Source: an uncultured Christensenellaceae bacterium | Lineage (GTDB): Bacteria; Bacillota; Clostridia; Christensenellales; MGBC116941 | Length of the DNA: 64,000 nt | NCBI GenBank assembly: GCA_910585035.1 | Contig: CAJUEF010000004.1 | Coordinates: forward strand, 1,499-65,498 | Reading direction: 5' to 3' | Shown: piece by piece, positions 10,393-20,504 of the stretch | Numbering within the stretch: the stretch's first letter is position 1 | How the letters are laid out: each line of letters opens with the position of its first letter | The notes under the pieces: model-generated | What the model saw: only the letters and a program-made list of their open reading frames with translations | Databases searched by the model: none | Told to the model about the DNA's origin: nothing | Program-made: the position numbers and the translations under genes

Positions 10393-10437
10393 AATTTACA
10401 GGCAGTTAGCCAAAGGAAACAAAAGGAGAAAATTAAA

Positions 10438-11319
10438 ATGGATAAAAGAAGCGACCAATATATTGCAAATAAAGTCTCGGTGGTTACTCTTATAGTTAAT
10501 ATTACCCTTTCATGCTTTAAGCTGGCGGCAGGTATAATTGCTCACTCAGGGGCTATGATATCTGACGCTGTGCATTCTACTACAGATGTGCTCACAACGA
10601 TAATGGTGCTGTTTGGCGTTAATCTTTCCGCAATGAAGGATGATGATAATCACCAATACGGTCATGAAAAAATTGAAAGTCTGGTAGGTGCGGTTATGGC
10701 GGTAATACTTATGATAACTGCGCTTGGCATAGGATATGCAGGAATAAAAAGCCTGTTTGCACTGGGCAGCGGAGTTAGTATAAAGGTTCCGGGAAGACTT
10801 GCGCTTATTGCAGCGGTTACATCTATTGCCAGCCAGGAAGCTATGTATTGGTATGCAAGGTCGGCAGCAAAAAAAATCAAGTCTCCTGCGCTTATGGCTG
10901 ACGCATGGCATCACCGCAGTGACGCTATGTCATCGGTGGGCAGTTTTATAGGTATAGGAGGAGCAATGCTTGGATGGACGTTTTTAGACCCTCTTGTGTC
11001 AATACTCATTTGTGCAATTATAGCTAAGGTAGCTGTTGATATTGGAAGGACTTCTATAGACCAGCTTTTAGATAAAGCCGCAGATAAAGAGACCGTTGAA
11101 ATAATTGAAAATGCCGTTATGGAAATAAACGGAGTTGTTAGGATAGATGATTTAAAGACAAGACTTCATTCTAAAAAACTTTTTGTAGATGTGGAAATAT
11201 CCGTTGACGGCAACATAACCACGTGGCAGGCTCACGGCATTGCAGAGAAAGTGCATGATAATGTTGAGGGAATTTGCAGTGACGTAAAGCATATTATGGT
11301 TCACGTAAATCCTGTATAG
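10438..11319 (+). CDS. cation diffusion facilitator (CDF) family transporter
   Basis: 293 aa with six TM segments, metal-ligand motifs ISDAVHSTTD and DAWHHRSD, and a C-terminal cytoplasmic domain. Confidence 0.9.
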   Translation: MDKRSDQYIANKVSVVTLIVNITLSCFKLAAGIIAHSGAMISDAVHSTTDVLTTIMVLFGVNLSAMKDDDNHQYGHEKIESLVGAVMAVILMITALGIGYAGIKSLFALGSGVSIKVPGRLALIAAVTSIASQEAMYWYARSAAKKIKSPALMADAWHHRSDAMSSVGSFIGIGGAMLGWTFLDPLVSILICAIIAKVAVDIGRTSIDQLLDKAADKETVEIIENAVMEINGVVRIDDLKTRLHSKKLFVDVEISVDGNITTWQAHGIAEKVHDNVEGICSDVKHIMVHVNPV

Positions 11320-11329
11320 CTAAAAATAT

Positions 11330-11542
11330 TTATATAAATAAATCGTCTATAAGATTATCTATATCTTTTTTGAGAAGGGCTGTCGCTTCTTTATCAAAGG
11401 TGTATATGCCGTTCTTTTTCCTAAGACAATCACCCTCCTTTGCGTCATCAGGCAGAAAACCGCGGGGCACATTTAACATTTCTTTGTTTTCTCCCTCAAG
11501 AACTGCAAGGTCTTCTTCAAATCTGTCAATTATATATTTCAT
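11330..11542 (-). CDS. DUF3006 domain protein
   Basis: 70 aa. MKYIIDRFEEDLAVLEGEN....VPRGFLPDDAKEGDCL is the characteristic DUF3006 pattern. It is translationally adjacent to the upstream MBL gene. Confidence 0.75.
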   Translation of the reverse strand: MKYIIDRFEEDLAVLEGENKEMLNVPRGFLPDDAKEGDCLRKKNGIYTFDKEATALLKKDIDNLIDDLFI

Positions 11543-11544
11543 AC

Positions 11545-12453
11545 TTACTCCTGTTTTTCCGTTTCAATATTAATATCAGTGCCGTTGCTTGTAACGGTTA
11601 TTGTACCGTTTTTGTCTGTTCTGTAAACGGTCATATGGTTTTCAAGACGTTTGAGTACCTCGCTGTGAGGATGACCATATGAATTATCTTTGCCGACGCA
11701 AATAACGCCATATTTGGGTTGAACAGCATTTATAAAGCCTTGAGTATTGGAAGTTCTGGAGCCGTGGTGAGGGCTTTTAAGCACGTCTGCCAAAAGTGTT
11801 TGCTTTGATGATAACAGCTCATTTTCGTTTACCTTTTCAATATCGCCGGTAAAAAGAAAAGCATTGTCTCCATAAGTAAGACGGATGACCACAGAATATT
11901 CATTTAGTCCGTCATATTTATCTTTAACAGGGGAAAGCACGTGGGCGGTTGCGCTGCCTATGCTATAGCTTTGCCCTGCCTTTGCAGCGGTTATCTTAAG
12001 CCCCTTTTTTTGGACTGCTGTTAAAACGTCTTTATATGTTTTTGAAGTATGGCTGACCTTTGGCATGATTATTTGCCCTATTTCAAACTCATTTATCACG
12101 TTATCAAGGCCGCCTATATGGTCTTCGTGGGGATGAGTGCCTACTACATAATCCAGTTTTGATATTCCAAGATTTTTAAGATATTCCACAACCATTTCAC
12201 CATCAGCATTATTTCCGGCATCAATAAGCATGGAAAATCCACCTTGGGTTATAAGCATACAGTCTGCCTGGTCTACGTCAATATATTTAACAGTAAGGAC
12301 GTCGCTTTTTGGTAAAGCATTTTGTGAGGAGCTTTCAGGCGGAAGATGATCTGCTGCTGTGATGCTTGTTTGTTTAACTTCCTGGCAGCCTGTAAGAGCA
12401 AGAATAAATATAAGTAAAAGAGATATGATGCGTAAGCTTTTTTTCATAAACAT
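11545..12453 (-). CDS. ComEC-C-terminal-like MBL-fold hydrolase, lipoprotein
   Basis: Lipobox LALTGC. Motifs THPHEDHIGG and SPHHGS are typical of the beta-lactamase-like domain of ComEC/Rec2-related proteins. Confidence 0.8.
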   Translation of the reverse strand: MFMKKSLRIISLLLIFILALTGCQEVKQTSITAADHLPPESSSQNALPKSDVLTVKYIDVDQADCMLITQGGFSMLIDAGNNADGEMVVEYLKNLGISKLDYVVGTHPHEDHIGGLDNVINEFEIGQIIMPKVSHTSKTYKDVLTAVQKKGLKITAAKAGQSYSIGSATAHVLSPVKDKYDGLNEYSVVIRLTYGDNAFLFTGDIEKVNENELLSSKQTLLADVLKSPHHGSRTSNTQGFINAVQPKYGVICVGKDNSYGHPHSEVLKRLENHMTVYRTDKNGTITVTSNGTDINIETEKQE

Positions 12454-12513
12454 GGCTCCTGTTTTTTTATTACAAATGGTAAAAACTGTGTTAACCCCAT
12501 TGCTTATTTACGT

Positions 12514-13254
12514 TTAAGGCATTTTGTTTACAGTTGCCTGAACTACAAAACGAGCGTCTTCAAAATTATATGCACAGGTTGAAAGAGACGCTATTTTATC
12601 ATTTGTACCCACTGTAAAGCTGGAATTAACGGCAGAACGCTCAACGAACTTATTTATCAAGTCGCTTCTTTGTTCCCCAAAATTAATGCTTGTATAAGGG
12701 TCGTTAGCGTGAACGGTGTAAGTGGAAAAGATGCGAAGTTCGTAAACGCCGTCAATAGTGTAATAATATATTACATTATGTTTATCATAAAACTCCTGGG
12801 AGCCGTATTCCGATAAAACGTGAAACATACTTTTGTTTTTCATGTTGTGACCGTAAATAATAGTATTTTGATCTGTAAAATTCATAGTGTTTCGGGCGTC
12901 AACAAATATAGCTCCGGCTTTGTTGTTCTCTCCGGAAAACAGGGTGTGTAAATATTTATCGTTGTTGTCGCACTGTACTACAGGATAGTCCACAACAGTA
13001 TCAGGAATATATATCCAGCCGATAACATCAGGATTGGTTTTTTTCAGCTCGTCGAAATTTATAACCCGCTTAAGGGGATTGTTTGTATCGCCGTCTTCAT
13101 AGGTCACCGCTAAATCAACCCATGAAGAATATTCATTACTGCCTTTTTTATAAACCATAATTTCTTTGTAAAGCATATAAGAGCTGACTATAAAAACGCA
13201 TGCGCAAATAACAAACAAAATATTTAAAACAATTGATTTACCTTTTTTGGACAT
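12514..13254 (-). CDS. srtB: class B sortase
   Basis: N-terminal TM anchor. Motifs VIGWIYIPDTVVDYPVVQCDNNDKYL, IYGHNMKNKSMF and the catalytic TLSTCAY match the SrtB pattern. Confidence 0.85.
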   Translation of the reverse strand: MSKKGKSIVLNILFVICACVFIVSSYMLYKEIMVYKKGSNEYSSWVDLAVTYEDGDTNNPLKRVINFDELKKTNPDVIGWIYIPDTVVDYPVVQCDNNDKYLHTLFSGENNKAGAIFVDARNTMNFTDQNTIIYGHNMKNKSMFHVLSEYGSQEFYDKHNVIYYYTIDGVYELRIFSTYTVHANDPYTSINFGEQRSDLINKFVERSAVNSSFTVGTNDKIASLSTCAYNFEDARFVVQATVNKMP

Positions 13255-13545
13255 TTATAATAAAATACCTTTCTGAAATAGTGTTATTTTTATTATAGCT
13301 TAAGCGGCAAAAAAAAGCTATAAAAGCTTTGCTGCTAAAAATTAACATAAATAAGGAAATTTTAAAAAAGTCTAACTTTAAATTGCGCATCCGTTTAAAA
13401 TTAGCCTATAAATATACATTGTCAATATTAAATAACTATTTTATAATCAAATCCATAAGCTGGAATTTTGAGAAAATAAAGAGGAAAATATGATGTGCTT
13501 GCGTCACATTTATAACGCTAAAGTGTAAATAAGGAGGAATTAAAT

Positions 13546-13893
13546 ATGCCGTTTACTGAAATATGTGTATATCAAGTTAAGCCGCAAAAAACAGAGGAAT
13601 TTGAAACATTAATGCTTAAAGCTAAAAGTTTTCTGGAAAAGCAAGAGGGACTTCTTTCGCTTAGGTTTATTAAACGAGGATATCGCATAGATATGGAGCA
13701 AATTAAAGAAGGGCTTCCACCGCTTAAAATTACTCGAATTGTAAAAAGTGTTAAGTATATGCTTTATTGGGAATTTGCCACAAAAGAAAGCTACGGAGCA
13801 GCTCAAAAAAATCTTTACGACAGCTATTGGAAGTCTATGGAAAAGTGTTTAATAGTTCCACATGATAAATATTTAGGAGAAGTATTGTTTTGA
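13546..13893 (+). CDS. hypothetical protein (possibly an ABM/dimeric alpha-beta-barrel-like fold)
   Basis: 115-aa ORF with a strong RBS (aaggagg) 9 nt upstream. I recognise no diagnostic motif. Confidence 0.5.
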   Translation: MPFTEICVYQVKPQKTEEFETLMLKAKSFLEKQEGLLSLRFIKRGYRIDMEQIKEGLPPLKITRIVKSVKYMLYWEFATKESYGAAQKNLYDSYWKSMEKCLIVPHDKYLGEVLF

Positions 13894-14106
13894 TGAAATT
13901 ATTATATTTTAGATTAAAAATAGATAAATGAGTAAATTTACGTTTATCACGGCATTAGGGCAGTGTAACTTTTATGATTACAAATAAATATATTTATTAA
14001 TATTTAAAACTTTGCGAAATGGTAAAACTTTTTTATGAAGCAAAAAATAATGTCTTGAAAAAAGAAAAAATTTGAAAAGATAATTTTAATATGTATTGTA
14101 TCTGCA

Positions 14107-14658
14107 ATGTGTATTGCTCTTGCGGGATGCTCTTCTATTTCTCTTTTTAAGGAAGGAGAAGGCGGAGAGGATGTTGTTAAGCAGTTTTTGTCGGCTGTTG
14201 CCAAGGACGACAGTGATAAAGCAAGGGCATGCCTTGTTAACCCAAGCGAATATGAATCCCTTACAACCGTTGCAAAAAGGCTTGGAATGGATGAGGAGAA
14301 AACCAAGAAATTTACAGACCAGTATACTTCAATAAAATATTCCATTGAAAAATCCGTAAAGGGAAATGATGCAAGCAGGTCCACAGTTATGGTTTTTATG
14401 ACTGTGCCTGATTATTCTGCTGCCTTTGCAAAAGGGATTAGCGAAACAAATAATGGTATGAACAGCGGTCAAGCCCTTAAAGTGATAATTGAAAAAATGG
14501 CTGATACAAAGCCTGAAACCGTGAATAAAGCGGTTGCCGTCTCCGTCGTCAAAAGCGGAGAAGATTGGCTCATTGATTATTCAAACAATAATATTGAGCT
14601 GGTCAATGCAATTAACGGCAACGTTTTAAATGCTTTACACGGCGGTTTGGCTATTTAA
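14107..14658 (+). CDS. hypothetical secreted lipoprotein with a problematic 5' end
   Basis: Lipobox LAGCSS lies directly at the annotated ATG. The hydrophobic and Lys-rich part of the signal peptide (KKKKFEKIILICIVSA) is encoded in frame upstream of the ATG but is cut off from any canonical start codon (see findings). Confidence 0.6.
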   Translation: MCIALAGCSSISLFKEGEGGEDVVKQFLSAVAKDDSDKARACLVNPSEYESLTTVAKRLGMDEEKTKKFTDQYTSIKYSIEKSVKGNDASRSTVMVFMTVPDYSAAFAKGISETNNGMNSGQALKVIIEKMADTKPETVNKAVAVSVVKSGEDWLIDYSNNNIELVNAINGNVLNALHGGLAI

Positions 14659-14668
14659 AAATTTCTTG

Positions 14669-14697
14669 TTGACAAAAGTTTTGTTTGTAAGTATAAT
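14669..14697 (+). promoter_or_regulatory. consensus sigma-A promoter driving the T-box leader and ilv operon
   Basis: TTGACA (14669-14674), a 17-nt spacer, then TATAAT (14692-14697). Confidence 0.75.
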
Positions 14698-14699
14698 AC

Positions 14700-14968
14700 T
14701 AAGAAATTGATAGGTAAATGTATTGATGGGGAAACCTGTTTTAGCTGATGTAAAGAGAGAAAATGGTTGGTGTAAATTTTCGTGAGGCTAAAATAAATCG
14801 GTCATCACCCCTGAACAGCAAGGCTGAAATTTAAAGTAGGCTGCGCCGGGACCTCCCGTTATTGAGGAGCAGTATTATTTGTACTGTGTTAAGCGCACAT
14901 TTTATTATGTGAATTTAGGTGGTAACGCGGATTTATTTCGTCCTTTAACGAGATAAATCCGTTTTTTG
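14700..14968 (+). promoter_or_regulatory. T-box riboswitch leader (tRNA-sensing antiterminator), probable Ile specifier
   Basis: Stem I elements are present: a tgatg/tgaa GA motif, an AGAGA box (about 14753), and distal loop ggttggtg closed by gaaaat/attttc. An AGTA box and an F-box (cccgtta) follow. The T-box sequence aatttaggtggtaacgcgg (14912-14930) overlaps the left arm of terminator gcggatttatttcg/cgagataaatccg (14927-14961), which is followed by a T run. Confidence 0.85.
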
Positions 14969-15014
14969 TTTTTATTGTGCCGGCTCTAAATATATATTAC
15001 CTAAAAAGCCTATA

Positions 15015-15061
15015 GGTTAGTTTTCTTTTACTGATTTTCTTTTTTATAAAAGAAAAATCAG
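15015..15061 (+). repeat. family A hairpin repeat, copy 1 (between the T-box terminator and ilvB)
   Basis: ggttagttttctttta flank, then ctgattttctttt / aagaaaaatcag stem with a 1-nt bulge. Confidence 0.7.
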
Positions 15062-15088
15062 ACAAAATTATGTTTGGAGGTTAAAGAA

Positions 15089-16714
15089 TTGAAAGGAGCA
15101 AAAATACTCATTGAAGCTCTTTTGGAGCAGGGGGTTGATACCTGCTTTGGATATCCGGGAGGTAAGATTTTGGACGTTTACGACCAGCTTTATATGTATA
15201 AAGATAAAATTCGTCATATTCTCACTGCTCATGAGCAGGGGGCAGCCCACGCGGCAGACGGATATGCAAGGCTTACAGGTAAGGTTGGGGTGTGCTTTGC
15301 CACATCGGGCCCGGGGGCAACTAACCTTGTTACGGGAATAGCAACAGCATATATGGATTCTGTGCCAATGGTGGCTATTACTGCAAATGTTCCCAGAAAT
15401 CTTATAGGAACAGACGCATTTCAAGAGGTGGATATAGTAGGGATTACCCTTCCCATTACCAAGCATAATGTGATAGTCAGGGATATAGACAGGCTTGCGG
15501 ACACGGTTAGAGAAGCTTTTCGCATTGCAAAGGAAGGAAGGCCTGGTCCTGTGCTTATAGATATTCCCAGCGACGTTTTAAAAATGGATGGGGAATTTAA
15601 AGCTAAAACACCTGAAAAACCAAGATGCAGAAATCTTTTTAGTGATGAAAATATTGAAAAGGCTGCAAAGATAATTGGTGCCAGCAAACGCCCTGTAATC
15701 CTGCTTGGAGGGGGCTGCGGCATTTCAGGCTGCGAAAAAGAGATTGAAGAATTAAGCAGTGCTCTTAACGCCCCTGTTGTTTCAACGCTAATGGGGCTTG
15801 GAAGCTATAATAAAGAGAATTTCTTCGGACTTATTGGTATGCACGGGAAAAGAGCTGCGAATTTTTCACTGGTTAAAAGCGATTTAATTATTGCTGTGGG
15901 AACCAGATTTAACGATAGGGTGGCCTCTAATTCAGGCAGCTATGGAAAGAATAAAAAAATACTTCATATTGACGTTGATAAGGCAGAAATAAATAAAAAC
16001 CTAATCTCTCACTACAATATTGTGGGAGATGCAAAGGCGGTGTTAAAAGAGCTTTTGCCAAAGCTTAAGCAAAGAGAAAACACAGAGTTTATGGAAGAAG
16101 TAAGGTTGAAGGTGCAGACACGTGAAAAAATATTTCCTCAGGAGATTATGGAAGCTATTGAAGAACTAAACCCGGATACTACAATGGTTACTGACGTTGG
16201 TCAGCATCAAATGTGGGCGGCTCAGTATTTCAACTTTAAAAGATACAGACAGCTCCTTACTTCCGGTGGACTTGGAACTATGGGGTACGGTCTTGGCGCT
16301 GCAATAGGCGCTAAGCTGGCAGATGAAAAAAGAAGCGTTACCCTTATTACAGGAGACGGGTGTTTTGGTATGAACTGCAATGAACTGGTAACTGTATCAA
16401 GGTACAAGGTGCCGATTGTTATATGCCTTATGAATAATGGCGTTCTTGGGATGGTGCGTCAGTGGCAGACACTTTTTTACGACCGTCATTATTCACATAC
16501 GGATTTAGGCGAAACAACGGATTATGAAGCGCTGGCAAAAGCATATGGACTGCAATATGCAAAGGCAGAAAATGAAAAACAGTTTAAAGATGCTTACGCA
16601 AACGCCATAAAGAGTAGTGGTCCTGTGCTTATTAACTGCATTATAGGCAAGGATGAAAATGTTGCTCCTATGGTAAGCGGCAGCGGAACTGCCGATAAAT
16701 ATATTCTGGATTAG
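15089..16714 (+). CDS. ilvB: acetolactate synthase, large (catalytic) subunit
   Basis: MKGAKILIEALLEQGVDTCFGYPGG and the ThDP motif GDGCFGMNCNEL. I prefer the TTG at 15089, 8 nt after GGAGG (15076-15080). The ORF track's TTG at 15074 is the alternative. Confidence 0.92.
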   Translation: MKGAKILIEALLEQGVDTCFGYPGGKILDVYDQLYMYKDKIRHILTAHEQGAAHAADGYARLTGKVGVCFATSGPGATNLVTGIATAYMDSVPMVAITANVPRNLIGTDAFQEVDIVGITLPITKHNVIVRDIDRLADTVREAFRIAKEGRPGPVLIDIPSDVLKMDGEFKAKTPEKPRCRNLFSDENIEKAAKIIGASKRPVILLGGGCGISGCEKEIEELSSALNAPVVSTLMGLGSYNKENFFGLIGMHGKRAANFSLVKSDLIIAVGTRFNDRVASNSGSYGKNKKILHIDVDKAEINKNLISHYNIVGDAKAVLKELLPKLKQRENTEFMEEVRLKVQTREKIFPQEIMEAIEELNPDTTMVTDVGQHQMWAAQYFNFKRYRQLLTSGGLGTMGYGLGAAIGAKLADEKRSVTLITGDGCFGMNCNELVTVSRYKVPIVICLMNNGVLGMVRQWQTLFYDRHYSHTDLGETTDYEALAKAYGLQYAKAENEKQFKDAYANAIKSSGPVLINCIIGKDENVAPMVSGSGTADKYILD

Positions 16715-16726
16715 GAGGTGCTAGAA

Positions 16727-17206
16727 ATGACAACATTATCTTTAATTGTTGATAACAGCGCCGGTGTGCTGACAAGGGTTTCCGGGCTTATTGCAAGGAG
16801 AGGCTTTAATATAGACAGCCTGGCTGTGGGAACAACGCAGGAACCGTCTCTTTCCAGAATAACCATTGTGGTATCCTGTGATGAGGCAACGGTAACCCAG
16901 ATGGTTGACCAGATTTCCAAGCTATACTGCGTAAAATCTATTACTGTTTTGGATAAAGGCACTGCCAAATCAAGAGAGCTTATGCTTTTAAGAGTGCAGG
17001 CGGATGCACAAAACAGAAACGATATAATTGGAATTTGCAATATATTTGAAGCAAGGATAATTGAAGCGACGGCAGATTCAGTGATGATAGAGTTCGCAGG
17101 TGATTTGGAAAAGGAAGCTGCATTTATGTCTATTATAAGCCAGCATAAAATATTGGAGCTGGCAAGGACGGGGGTTATTGCTCTGGCAAAGCAGCAGTAT
17201 ATTTAA
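16727..17206 (+). CDS. ilvN: acetolactate synthase, small (regulatory) subunit
   Basis: ACT-domain N-terminus MTTLSLIVDNSAGVLTRVSGLIARRGFNIDSLAVG. ATG 16727 lies 8 nt after AGGAGG. The in-frame GTG at 16718 overlaps the RBS. Confidence 0.9.
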   Translation: MTTLSLIVDNSAGVLTRVSGLIARRGFNIDSLAVGTTQEPSLSRITIVVSCDEATVTQMVDQISKLYCVKSITVLDKGTAKSRELMLLRVQADAQNRNDIIGICNIFEARIIEATADSVMIEFAGDLEKEAAFMSIISQHKILELARTGVIALAKQQYI

Positions 17207-17224
17207 TGATTATAAGACGAAAAT

Positions 17225-17300
17225 GTGTTATAATAACCTCACGAAATGCTTGCAAAAGCGAAGCTTTTGATCATTTCGGAGAACATTGAAACTTATAATT
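17225..17300 (-). repeat. family B dispersed element, partial copy (B1), inverted relative to the copy at 42127
   Basis: gttataataacctcac ... ggagaacattgaaacttataatt matches the reverse complement of 42192-42264. The internal nested hairpin is cgaaatg/catttcg with caaaagc/gcttttg. Confidence 0.7.
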
Positions 17301-17334
17301 ATATAAATAAAGAAAGTTGGATTAAACGTAATTA

Positions 17335-17375
17335 GTTTTCTTTGGTTTTACCTTTCTTTTTTAAAGGAGGGCAAG
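17335..17375 (+). repeat. family A hairpin repeat, copy 2 (degenerate right arm)
   Basis: gttttctttggttttacctttctttt is conserved, but the right arm has decayed to aaaggagggcaag. Confidence 0.6.
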
Positions 17376-17452
17376 CGGAGAAATAAAAGGGATGAGGGAA
17401 TTAAGTAATATTTTAAATAATGTGTTAAGGAAGCCCACATATTGATGCAACT

Positions 17453-20185
<2,733 letters not shown>

Positions 20186-20201
20186 CTTTTGTTAAGTGTA
20201 T

Positions 20202-20246
20202 CCAAAATCCCTAAAAAGCTGAAAACTTTTTGGGGATTTTTCTTTT
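20202..20246 (+). terminator. intrinsic terminator after ilvD
   Basis: ccaaaatccctaaaaag (20202-20218) pairs with ctttttggggattttt (20226-20241), followed by a T-rich tract. Confidence 0.7.
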
Positions 20247-20298
20247 ACTTTTCTTTTGTTACCTTTCTCTAAGAAAAGAAAGGTAACGCCAAAGAAAC
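20236..20298 (-). repeat. family A hairpin repeat, copy 4 (reverse orientation)
   Basis: Stem gttacctttc (20258-20267) / gaaaggtaac (20278-20287). The flank gccaaagaaac is the reverse complement of the GTTTCTTTGGC flank. Confidence 0.75.
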
Positions 20299-20440
20299 TT
20301 AATAGCAATGTGTATTGTGGTAAATATATAAGACTTTCGTTTGCTCCTTTATTTTTTTAAAAGAAGATGAAAGAGAAATGGAAAAAATAAAGACTGCCTG
20401 AATAAACAAATATATTTATTAAAGTGTTTATATGGAATAA

Positions 20441-20485
20441 GGTTTTCTTTTTGCTTCTTTTTCTTTTTTCTAAAAGAAAAAGAAG
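20441..20485 (+). repeat. family A hairpin repeat, copy 5 (immediately upstream of the cimA RBS)
   Basis: ggttttctttttg flank, then a perfect 14-bp stem cttctttttctttt (20454-20467) / aaaagaaaaagaag (20472-20485). Confidence 0.8.
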
Positions 20486-20504
20486 AAGAGAGAGGTGATA
20501 AATT

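Noticed and set aside
13490-13528. A 12-codon upstream mini-ORF (MMCLRHIYNAKV) with an SD-like agagga, just before the 13546 gene.
   Set aside because: It is too short to support by sequence alone, and there is no terminator/antiterminator alternative structure around it. I noted it only as a possibility.
14056-14058. The in-frame TGA in the lipoprotein signal region as evidence for TGA recoding (code 4 or 25) or selenocysteine.
   Set aside because: TGA works as a genuine stop elsewhere. The ilvC frame ends at the TGA at 18540-18542, which overlaps the ilvD GTG start, and the M15 peptidase frame ends at a TGA upstream of the holin RBS. All other conserved proteins translate cleanly with the standard code, and no SECIS-like hairpin is evident. 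A local mutation or a homopolymer error is more parsimonious.
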